Notes under the pieces: model-generated | Told to the model about the DNA's origin: nothing | What the model saw: the letters and a program-made list of their open reading frames with translations, nothing else | Database searches by the model: none | Shown: one piece after another, positions 1 to 8,300 of the stretch | Layout: each line of letters starts with the position of its first letter | Numbering within the stretch: position 1 is the first letter of the stretch | Made by a program: the position numbers and the translations under genes | Origin: a virus | Lineage: Duplodnaviria; Caudoviricetes | Virus record (IMG/VR): IMGVR_UViG_3300028586_000076 | Coordinates: 1 to 24,817 of that record | Reading direction: 5' to 3' (one strand) | DNA: 24,817 bases

Positions 1-33
1 CTGGCGGGTCTGCTCACCACCATCAAGAGCTAG
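1..33 (+). CDS. 3' end of upstream gene (…LAGLLTTIKS*), by position probably the prohead protease
   Basis: Open frame from base 1 to TAG at 31-33, which overlaps the capsid RBS (AGGAG). Product inferred from synteny only. Confidence 0.4.
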   Translation: MAGLLTTIKS

Positions 34-43
34 GAGCTCCACC

Positions 44-1414
44 ATGAAGAGAATGAACATGGCCGCCCTCGTGGCGGTGGCGACGGTGCTCGCCCACCCG
101 TTCCGCACCCTTGCGGCGGCAGCAAGCACCAAGCCGGAACCGAAGCTGCGGCTGACGGCTCCTACCCTGCCCGCTATGCCGCGCGCGATCGCGGGCACGG
201 TTCGCGCGGACGGGTCCGATCCCGCCACGCTCATCCGTGCGCTGAATGGCGCATTCGACGAGTTCAAGACGACGCATGCTCGCGAGATCGAAGAGATCAA
301 GGCCGGCAAGACGGACGTCCTGACCAAGGACAAGCTCGACGCCATCAACGCCACCCTCACGGAGCTGCAGACTGCTGTCGATGATCAGGCAAGGATCAAC
401 GCGGCCGCGAAGCTGGGTGACGGCGCGATCATCGGCGATATCAAGGCCGACCCGGACTATACCAAGGCGTTCAAGGCGCACATGCGCCGTGGCGATAACG
501 CCTCGGCTGAGGTGCGGGCGGCAATGCAGAAGGGCACCGACACCGACGGCGGCTATCTGGCGCCGATCGAATGGGATCGCACGATCGGCGAGAAGCTGAA
601 GAAGATCAGCCCGATGCGTGCGGAAAGCCGTGTCATCACGATCAGCGTCGCCGGGTTCAAGAAGTACTTCTCGGACCGCAACGTCGGATCGGGTTGGGTC
701 GGTGAAACGGCAAGCCGCCCTGCGACCACGACTCCGCAGATCGGCGTGCTCGACTTCGTGCCGGGCGAACTCTACGCCAATCCGGCAATCTCCCAGCAGC
801 TGCTGGACGACGCCGCGATCGACCTCGAGGAGTGGCTGGGCCAGGAAGTCGATACCGAGTTCTCCCGCCAGGAGGGCATCGGGTTCCTGTCCGGCGATGG
901 GGCGAACAAGCCCTACGGCATCCTCACCTATGTCACGGGTGCCGCAAATGCGGCTCGCCATCCGTACGGTGCGATCAAGGCCGTCAACAGCGGTGACGCA
1001 GGAAAGCTGACCGGCGATGGCTTTGTCGATCTGATGTACGACCTCCCCAGCGAGTTCGCCGGGAATGCCAAGCTGTACATCAATCGCCAGAGCCTCGGCG
1101 CTGCGCGCAAGCTGAAGGACGGCCAAGGCAACTTCCTGTGGCAGCCGTCTTATGCTCTCGGCCAGCCGCAGACGCTCAACGGTGCGCCGATCGTCGAAAT
1201 GCCAGACATGCCGACCGCGGGCGCCGGCAACGTTGCCGCACTCTACGGCGACATGGAAGCCACCTACCTGGTCGTCGATCGGATCGGCATCCGCGTGTTG
1301 CGCGATCCGTATTCGAACAAGCCGTTCGTGCACTTCTACACGACCAAGCGCGTGGGCGGCGGGGTGCACAACCCTGAGCCGATGCGGGCGCTCAAGATCG
1401 CCGTGAACGCATAA
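44..1414 (+). CDS. HK97-family major capsid protein (456 aa, with N-terminal delta/scaffold domain)
   Basis: DGGYLAP, WVGE, ISQQLLDDA, FLSGDGANKPYGIL, LKDGQGNFLWQP, RVGGGV motifs; AGGAG RBS. Confidence 0.97.
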   Translation: MKRMNMAALVAVATVLAHPFRTLAAAASTKPEPKLRLTAPTLPAMPRAIAGTVRADGSDPATLIRALNGAFDEFKTTHAREIEEIKAGKTDVLTKDKLDAINATLTELQTAVDDQARINAAAKLGDGAIIGDIKADPDYTKAFKAHMRRGDNASAEVRAAMQKGTDTDGGYLAPIEWDRTIGEKLKKISPMRAESRVITISVAGFKKYFSDRNVGSGWVGETASRPATTTPQIGVLDFVPGELYANPAISQQLLDDAAIDLEEWLGQEVDTEFSRQEGIGFLSGDGANKPYGILTYVTGAANAARHPYGAIKAVNSGDAGKLTGDGFVDLMYDLPSEFAGNAKLYINRQSLGAARKLKDGQGNFLWQPSYALGQPQTLNGAPIVEMPDMPTAGAGNVAALYGDMEATYLVVDRIGIRVLRDPYSNKPFVHFYTTKRVGGGVHNPEPMRALKIAVNA

Positions 1415-1421
1415 CTATTCG

Positions 1422-1446
1422 CCGGGCCGGCCTTGCGCTGGCCCGG
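1422..1446 (+). terminator. GC-rich hairpin after capsid gene, terminator/stabiliser-like
   Basis: CCGGGCCGGC-cttgc-GCTGGCCCGG (10 bp, one G-U) followed by TTCTTC. Confidence 0.5.
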
Positions 1447-1500
1447 TTCTTCGAAGCCGCGCGGCATGACCCACGGTTTCGGCGAACCAGGAGAAGACCT

Positions 1501-1734
1501 ATGGACACGAAGACCGCCAAGACCGCCAGCAACGACATTGCCCCGGCAACCGATATCGACACCGCTGGCGCACCGCAGCAGATCGTACCCGACGTCGATA
1601 TGGACCATCCGGCCGTCGACAACGATCCCCGTGCCGGCACCACGGTCGAGCAGAACCGCATCGACTACAACGACCCAACGCTCGAAGGTCACGAGGCCGT
1701 CGAGCGCAATCTCCAGGTCGCCGCAAAGGCCTGA
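1501..1734 (+). CDS. Small acidic hypothetical phage protein (77 aa), possibly head-associated
   Basis: AGGAG RBS, phage-like codon usage, sits between capsid and head-tail connector. Confidence 0.8.
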   Translation: MDTKTAKTASNDIAPATDIDTAGAPQQIVPDVDMDHPAVDNDPRAGTTVEQNRIDYNDPTLEGHEAVERNLQVAAKA

Positions 1735-1740
1735 CTAAGG

Positions 1741-1777
1741 GTGGCGCTGGACTTCTTTGTCCGGCGCCACACTTTCC
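1741..1777 (+). terminator. Probable intrinsic terminator/attenuator closing the capsid unit
   Basis: GTGGCGCTGGAC-ttcttt-GTCCGGCGCCAC 12-bp stem (one U-G) then ACTTTCC (short U-tract). Confidence 0.6.
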
Positions 1778-1795
1778 AGTGAATCGAGGTGCCTC

Positions 1796-2329
1796 ATGGC
1801 TATTCCCGTGACCTTGCAGGACGCCCGCCGCCAGATCCAACTGGATGAGAACGACAAATCCCAGGACGCTGACCTCGTCCAGTTCATCGACGACGCCGCA
1901 GCGTGGGTTGAGGAATACACCGGTCACATTCTTGTGGCGCGTGACGTAACCGAGTCGTTCCTCGGCTTCGGGGCGGTTAGGCTTCGGGCGTGGCCGATCA
2001 ATGCGTCCGCTGTCCCCGGCGTCGCTTACGTCGACGCTGTTGGAGCACCCGTTGCGATCGTAGGCGCGCGGCTCGATCTCAGTTCCCGACCCGCCCGCGT
2101 ATTACCGCCGGCTGGACCGTTCTATTCATTCTGCGACGCTCAGCAGGCTTTCACTGTAACAATTCGTGCCGGGTATGAAGCCGGTGACGCCATTCCAGGC
2201 AACTTCCGTCGCGCCATGCTGATCCTGATCAGCGCGTACGACTCCGATCGCGAAGGCGGCGAGGTGTTTCAAAAAGCCGAAGCGTCTGCACGGCGGCTGT
2301 GCGGCAGACTTCGGGCACGCAGCCTGTGA
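1796..2329 (+). CDS. Head-tail connector (HK97 gp6 / SPP1 gp15-like), 177 aa
   Basis: PVTLQDARRQIQLD…DADLVQFIDDAAAWVEEYTG and AMLILISAYDSDRE; GAGGT RBS before ATG 1796 (preferred over 1757). Confidence 0.9.
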   Translation: MAIPVTLQDARRQIQLDENDKSQDADLVQFIDDAAAWVEEYTGHILVARDVTESFLGFGAVRLRAWPINASAVPGVAYVDAVGAPVAIVGARLDLSSRPARVLPPAGPFYSFCDAQQAFTVTIRAGYEAGDAIPGNFRRAMLILISAYDSDREGGEVFQKAEASARRLCGRLRARSL

Positions 2330-2694
2330 CCGTCGGCAAAGGCAAGGCCAGCCGATACAATCGCCGGATCCAGATCGAACGCCCGGTCACGGATAGCTCT
2401 CTGATCGGCGCCGGGTCTGGCAGCTGGGAAGCTGTTGGCTCGCCAATCGCCGCCAGCGTGGTCGATGTCCTTCCGAGCCGTGCAGAACGTCTGGCGGACG
2501 GCATCAACGTGGCGACGCGTCCGGCCAAGGTTCGCATGCGGTTCCGTACCGATGTCACGCCGAGCATGCGCTTCGTCATGACCAAGCCATTCCCGCGCGT
2601 GATGCAGATCATCGCCGGGCCAGCTGAAGTCGGCGTTCGGGACGAAGTCGAGTTCATGGTCGAGGATTACAGCGTCGCCGGCAACGCGGCCTGA
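2326..2694 (+). CDS. Head closure / head-tail adaptor (SPP1 gp16-like)
   Basis: RYNRRIQIERP…W…VRMRFRTDVTPSMR pattern; GTG start overlaps upstream TGA (GTGA). Confidence 0.85.
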   Translation: MTVGKGKASRYNRRIQIERPVTDSSLIGAGSGSWEAVGSPIAASVVDVLPSRAERLADGINVATRPAKVRMRFRTDVTPSMRFVMTKPFPRVMQIIAGPAEVGVRDEVEFMVEDYSVAGNAA

Positions 2695-3227
2695 TGGCGA
2701 CCTCTCGTGGTGGTGGCGAGGTCAAGCGCTTCATGGCGCAACTTCCCGCGCAGATCGAAAGCCGCCTCTTGATGGGTGCGGCGCGCGCTGGCGGCGCCGT
2801 TATCCTGAAGGAGGCGAAGGCACGATCAATCTCGCAAGACGTCGACGATGCGCTGTCCCTGAAGGTGAAGCGCGGCATCGGCCAAGTCACCGTGAAGATC
2901 TTGGTCAACCCAGGTTGGGCGCGTTCAGTAGGCATCTGGCTCGAATACGGAACAGCTCCGCACTTTATCAGCGTCGACGATTCTCAACGCCGAGGCATGT
3001 CGGTTAAGCGGATCAACACCGTCGGCAAAGAGAAGGGCTCGCTCGTCATCGGCGGCAAGTTCGTCGGTGCGACGGTCTTCAACAATGGTGCCCGCGCCCA
3101 TCCATTCATGCGGATTTCACTCGACGTGAAGGCCGCGGAGGCAATCGCAGCAGCCCAGGCGCACATCAATAGCCGGGTGCACGCGGGCGGCATCGCTGGC
3201 GAAGCCGATGCGGGAGATAGCGAATGA
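2694..3227 (+). CDS. HK97 gp10-family neck protein
   Basis: AARAGGAVILKEAK, WLEYGTAPH, GARAHPFMR motifs; position after head closure. Confidence 0.85.
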   Translation: MATSRGGGEVKRFMAQLPAQIESRLLMGAARAGGAVILKEAKARSISQDVDDALSLKVKRGIGQVTVKILVNPGWARSVGIWLEYGTAPHFISVDDSQRRGMSVKRINTVGKEKGSLVIGGKFVGATVFNNGARAHPFMRISLDVKAAEAIAAAQAHINSRVHAGGIAGEADAGDSE

Positions 3228-3625
3228 CCGGCGTCGAAATCGTTGGCTTCATCCTGCGCGATCACCCCGCGTTGATTGAGCGCATTCCCGTTGAGCGGAT
3301 CAAAGCCGGTTCACTCCCCGACAACATCGTGTTGCCTGCGCTGCTCCTCCGGACCGTCAGTTCGATCGATCGGCAGTGGCTGAAGCGCAGCGATGTTTGG
3401 CGGGTCACGGACCGCGTCTCGGTTGCAGTCCGTGCCTCAAGCTATGCCGATCAGATCGCGATCATCCAGATCGTCAAACGACTTTGCGGCGGCCTCACGG
3501 GCGACATCGGCGGTGCGCTGCGCGTGTCGATCCTGACCGCCGGTACCGGCCCCGATGTCGGAGGCCCTGCCAACAGCTTCGAGCAGACACAGGACTTCCG
3601 CGTCAGCTTCGACGCGGCAGCGTGA
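3224..3625 (+). CDS. Tail completion/terminator protein (HK97 gp11-like)
   Basis: Synteny, ATGA overlap, size 133 aa, C-terminal EQTQDFRVSF strand. Confidence 0.7.
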   Translation: MTGVEIVGFILRDHPALIERIPVERIKAGSLPDNIVLPALLLRTVSSIDRQWLKRSDVWRVTDRVSVAVRASSYADQIAIIQIVKRLCGGLTGDIGGALRVSILTAGTGPDVGGPANSFEQTQDFRVSFDAAA

Positions 3626-3642
3626 GAGAAAAGGAACCTACC

Positions 3643-3834
3643 ATGTCCGACACCAAGCCCAAGACGATCCGCGGCAAGGCGACCCGCGATTTCACCGACG
3701 CCGGCACCGAGCGCCGCTTCGACGCTGGCAAGGCCCACGATTTCACCGAGGGCGAGTTCGTCAATTTCGCAGCTGCTGGGCTGGTCGAGGCCGTCGACAC
3801 TGCAGCTGACCCGAAGGCCAAGACCGCCGCCTGA
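3643..3834 (+). CDS. Small hypothetical phage protein (63 aa, MSDTKPKTIRGKATRDFTD…AGLVE)
   Basis: AAGGAA RBS before ATG 3643; strong codon bias; true start is internal to the 3376 ORF. Confidence 0.8.
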   Translation: MSDTKPKTIRGKATRDFTDAGTERRFDAGKAHDFTEGEFVNFAAAGLVEAVDTAADPKAKTAA

Positions 3835-3905
3835 CCCGCGCGCCCGCCGCCCGGCGGGCGACACCCCGCCGGCCCTGCCGGTATTAAGTTACGAGGATCA
3901 TCACC

Positions 3906-4361
3906 ATGGGTTCACAGACCGCCGCAGGCTCGTCGCTTGCGATCTCCGTTACGTCGCCGGCGACTGCCGACGCCACTGGCTACGCCGCCCTGACCTTCAC
4001 CGATGTCGGTCAGGTCGAAAAGCTCGGCTCGATCGGCGCCAGCTTCGCCAAGGTCGAATTCCAGCCGCTCAAGGGTGCCAAGCAGAAGTTCAAGGGCTCG
4101 GCCGACTATGGCGCGCTGCAGCCGTCAATGGCGCTCGACAGCTCCGACGCCGGCCAGGCGATCATGCAGACGTCGGCCGATGACGAGAGCCAGAAGCTTT
4201 ATTCCTTCCGCGTGACCTACCCGGACGGTGCCAAGCGCTACTTCGGCGGTCGCAACTTCGGCATGCCGGAAACCGCCGACGGCGCCGACAGCATGCTGAC
4301 GGGCGCTCCGACGATCGAGATCTGCACCAAGATCGTCAAGGTCGCGGCGCCGACCACCTGA
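3906..4361 (+). CDS. Major tail (tube) protein, 151 aa
   Basis: GAGGA RBS; SPATADATGYAALTFTDVGQV, KFKGSADYG, DAGQAIM, YSFRVTYPDG pattern of siphovirus tube proteins; precedes chaperones. Confidence 0.88.
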   Translation: MGSQTAAGSSLAISVTSPATADATGYAALTFTDVGQVEKLGSIGASFAKVEFQPLKGAKQKFKGSADYGALQPSMALDSSDAGQAIMQTSADDESQKLYSFRVTYPDGAKRYFGGRNFGMPETADGADSMLTGAPTIEICTKIVKVAAPTT

Positions 4362-4470
4362 CCCCTTCCCTACCCGGCGCCCGCGACGCCGGTCCTTATG
4401 CGCCAGCTCGGCCCGTCGTCGCGGGTCGCGAGCCGGGCTGGCGCACCATCCTCCCGCGAAGGACTATCCT

Positions 4471-4911
4471 ATGACCAAGCTGCTCAACATCGCCTCGCTC
4501 GCCGTCGCCGCCACCGCCGCCCTGCACGTCAAGGGCCCCACCGGCGAGCCGCTCTACGCCGACGAGGCGGGCACGGTTCCTGTTCGCATCCACCTTCACG
4601 GCCCCGGCAGCCGCGCTTATGGCGCCGTCGAATCGCGCCAGTCCGCGCGCGCGCTGAAGCGCATGCAGGACAACGATGGCAAGATCACCGCGGCGACACA
4701 GGAAGAGCGCATCGCTGAGACGGCCGAAGACCTCGCCGCGATCACCGTGTCGTTCGAGAATTTCGACTATCAGCCCGAGGGGGCCAGTCTCATCGGGCAG
4801 GACATGTTCCGTGCCGCATACGCCGATCAGGGCATCGGCTACATCACCCGCCAGGTGGCGAAGTTTGTCGCCGACTGGGGAAACTTCAAGGCCGCCTCGA
4901 AAGCGGCCTGA
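4471..4911 (+). CDS. Tail assembly chaperone (lambda gpG analogue)
   Basis: Between tube and tape measure; LHVKGPTGEPLY…IHLHGPGSRAY; ends with slippery site in DWGNF. Confidence 0.88.
   Translation: MTKLLNIASLAVAATAALHVKGPTGEPLYADEAGTVPVRIHLHGPGSRAYGAVESRQSARALKRMQDNDGKITAATQEERIAETAEDLAAITVSFENFDYQPEGASLIGQDMFRAAYADQGIGYITRQVAKFVADWGNFKAASKAA
4878..4909 (+). other. Programmed -1 ribosomal frameshift signal (G GGA AAC plus 3' hairpin)
   Basis: In-frame X XXY YYZ heptamer 4878-4884; hairpin AGGCCGC-ctcgaaa-GCGGCCT 4889-4909; -1 frame is open into the 4926..5348 ORF. Confidence 0.88.
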
Positions 4912-4925
4912 CCCTCTATATCCGG

Positions 4926-5348
4926 ATGATGGCGTGGCTTCAGGCCACGCCAAAGCCGGACCCGCGATCACGGCGAGCTAAGCTCGTAGAAGACTCACCG
5001 GCTCCTCTGCTCAGCCGGATCGAGAAGATGAAGCGCGACAAGATCGTGCCGCCTATGCCGCACAATCCCGCGCCGCATATCACCGACCGGCTGATCGAGA
5101 TGGGTCTGACCCAAGCGGCCGGAATGGGCGCCGTCCCGCTGTCATGGCTCGAAATCAACGCCTGGTGCGAACGCACTGCCGTTGACCTTGAACCGTGGGA
5201 AGCGCGGCTGATCCGCCGCCTCTCTGCTGCCTACCTCGCCGAAAGTCGCAAGGCTGACGTCGAAACCTGCCCGCCCCCGTGGCGCGCAGAAGTGACCTCA
5301 CGCGAGCGTGAAATCGAAGAAGCTAAGCTCCGCGCCGTGCTGGGCTGA
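4926..5348 (+). CDS. Tail assembly chaperone C-terminal extension (gpT analogue), probably made as a gpGT frameshift fusion
   Basis: GMGAVPLSWLEINAW…LEPWEARLIRRLSAAYL; no RBS at 4926; -1 frame relative to upstream gene. Confidence 0.85.
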   Translation: MMAWLQATPKPDPRSRRAKLVEDSPAPLLSRIEKMKRDKIVPPMPHNPAPHITDRLIEMGLTQAAGMGAVPLSWLEINAWCERTAVDLEPWEARLIRRLSAAYLAESRKADVETCPPPWRAEVTSREREIEEAKLRAVLG

Positions 5349-5368
5349 TCAAACGGGGAGGATGACGC

Positions 5369-8300
5369 ATGTCCATGGACGATTCCTCCCCGAGGCTTGA
5401 AGTCGGCTTTGTTATCGACACCGGCGATTCCTTCGGCGGTCTGATGCAGTTGCAGGACGCCATGGACTCGACCGAGGCCAAGGTGCTTGCTGATGCCAAT
5501 CGGATCGAGCGCGCGACGAGGAACATGGTCGACCTCGGGGCCAGCACAACGAATGTGGTCGCGTTCGGCAATGCGACGTCGCGCGAGATGCAGACTGCGC
5601 GGCAGGCTATCGCGAGCGCCGAAAAGGCTGGCGAGCGGCTTGTGGCGCAGCTCGAGCGGCAAAACAGCGTGTTCGGCAAGACCCGTGAAGAGGTCCGTAG
5701 CGCGAAGGCCGAGTTCGCCGCCCTGGCGGCCGAGCAGCAGGGCCTGACCGAGCTCGCCCAGCGGATCCGCAGCGAGGAGCTGGCACTCGTCAACGCGACC
5801 AATCAGGCCGCTGCCGCGGTGACCGCCGAGGCCGAAGCCCTGCGGCAGGCGGCCTATGCCCATCAGATGTTCGAGGCACGCGTGAAAGCCGGCGTCGTTG
5901 CACTACGCGAGGAGGAGGCGGCCAGCCTTGCCGCGGCCGCAGCGCTCGACGCACAGGCTCGTCGTGAGGCGGCACTCGCCAGCGCGATGTTCGAGGCGCG
6001 CGCCAAGCAGGGCATGCGCGACTATGGGGTCCAGCAGACAGCCGACGAAGCGGCGCGGCGCGAGGCTAATGCGGCCGCCATGCGCCTCGAAGGTCTGGCG
6101 ACCGAGCAGCTGGCGCGCGAGCATGCCGCGCTGGCCTCGACCGTGCGTGCGTCGCACGATGCCCAAGTCGCCGATGCGGCCGCGGCCGAGCAGCTGCGCA
6201 TGTCGACCGACCCGCTCTATGCAGCGACGGCCAAGCTTAACGCCGAGATCGCGGAGTCGACGCGGCTGTATCATGCCGGCGCCACCGCCCCGGCTGAATA
6301 CGCGCGCCAGCAGGACGTGCTGACCGGGCGCCTGCGGCAAAGCGCGCAGGCGCAAGACGACATGGACCGCGTCGCTCGCAAGGGCAAAGGCACGCTGACG
6401 CAGCTGTCGTTCCAGCTGAACGACGTCGCCACCATGGCGGCAATGGGCGCGGCGCCGTTCCAGATCTTCGCCAGCCAAGCGGGCCAGATCTTTCAGGTCG
6501 CGCAGATGGCCGAGGGCGGCGTGAAGGGCTTCGCAGCCGAGATGGGCGGCCTCGCTGTCGCGTTCCTCCCCGCGATCGCGGTCGCGTCCGTCGCAGGCGT
6601 CGCGCTCTACCGGTGGAAGGAGCAGATCAACGAAGACGCGGGCATGAAGAAATTCGCCGAGGGTCTCGGGCTGACGTCCAAGGAGATGAAGAAGCTCGGC
6701 GATCAGTCGATCACGACCGGCGACATGGTTGCCGGCGTCTGGAAGACGATCACCGACGGCCTGGAGCTGGGCGGGTCGGGCAAGTCGCTGATGGACTATC
6801 TGTTCTCGCCGAACGACGCGCAGCAGGTGCAGGGCTTCCTCGCCTCGATCTATGGCACGTTCACCGGCACCTATGCCGCGATCGTCGAGCTATGGAGCAG
6901 CATCTCGACGTCGGTGTCAGCCTACGTCTCGGCCGCAGCCACGGCCGTCGCGCAGTTCTTTGCCCCCGTCGTCGCTGCCGCCCAGTGGGCGGGCAACGGC
7001 ATCGCGCAGATCTTCAACGCCATCTACAATCGCGTAGCCGGCTGGCTGAAGTCGATCGGCAGTGCCATCAGCGACTTTGCCGGTCCGATCCTGAAGGCCA
7101 TGGGCCAGAGCGACGCCGCCACGGCCGTGACCAGTGCCGGCAGCAGCCTCGGCAAGGCGTTCGGCAAGGGCTACGCGCAGGGCGCAGGGCAGGTCGTCAA
7201 CGGGACGAACAGGTTCTTCGCCACGGCTGCCGAGAACATCATCAGCAAGTCGCAAGAGCGGCTGCTGAAGAAGGCCAACGAGATCAAGGCGGACCGCACG
7301 CCGAAGAAGACGCCCGTCGACAGCCATGCGGCGTCGCTCGTGCGCGATTCGGAAGCGATCGAGGCGCAGATCCGCAACCTGTACAAGCTGGCGGATGCCT
7401 ATGGCGTCTCCGGCGCCGCGGCGCTGATTGCCGAGGCCCGCGTGAAGGCCGAGAGCAAGGCGATCAAGCAGCGCGCCGACATCGAGGCGTCGGTCGACCG
7501 TCAGGTGCGTCTTGCGATTGCGCAGCGCGTGTCGGACGTGGCGAAGTCGACCGCGACCGCGCGCGACCAGGCCGCGGCGCAGATGCTGGTCAACGCGCAG
7601 GTCGCAGCCGGCCTGGTGCCTGCCGCGCGGGCGGCCGAACTGGTCAAGGATCAGATTGCGGATCTGCCATTGCTCGCCGCGATCGAGGCGGCCCGCACGC
7701 GGGGCCTGACGACCGAGGCCGAGCGCGCGACCAAGGCGCTGGCCGACCAGCGCGCCGCGCGCGCCGATCTCACCACGGCCGAGCGCAGTGCACAGTTCAA
7801 CACCGACATGGCATCCGGCAACGACCGGCTTGCCCAAATGCTCGAGGAGCTTCGTCTCGTTGGCGCGACCGACATGGAGCGGGTGCGCGCGCTCGCTACG
7901 CTGAAGGCCACGCAAGAGGCGCAGAAGTACAATCCCGGCGACCGCGCGGCCTATGTCGAGCAGCAGGTCGAGATTGCGGTCGGTGCACAGCAGGTCGTCG
8001 AAAAGCAGGCGGCGCTCAATGCCGAGCTGCGCGCCACGGCAGATCTGTTCGACACTATCGACCAGACCGCGCAGCGTGCTGCGCAGGGCATGGCCGATGC
8101 GTTCGGCAATGTCGGCTCGGCGATCGGCGACGCGCTGACCGTCATGACTGGCTATTATGCCGATCAGGCCAAGCTGCAGGAGGCGCACAAAGCGGCGATC
8201 GACGCGGCCGGCGATGATCAGAAGGAGATCGACCGCGAGAACCGGCTCTTCTCGCTCCGGTCATCCTCGCAGCAGATCAGCGCGTTCGGGGACATGACCG

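Noticed and set aside
23-1369. 448-aa minus-strand ORF over the capsid gene
   Set aside because: Antisense shadow of a strongly codon-biased high-GC gene; no motifs.
6613-8217. 534-aa alternative-frame ORF and 423-aa antisense ORF inside the tape measure
   Set aside because: Arg/Gly-rich or shadow translations expected in GC-rich DNA; no RBS or domain signal.
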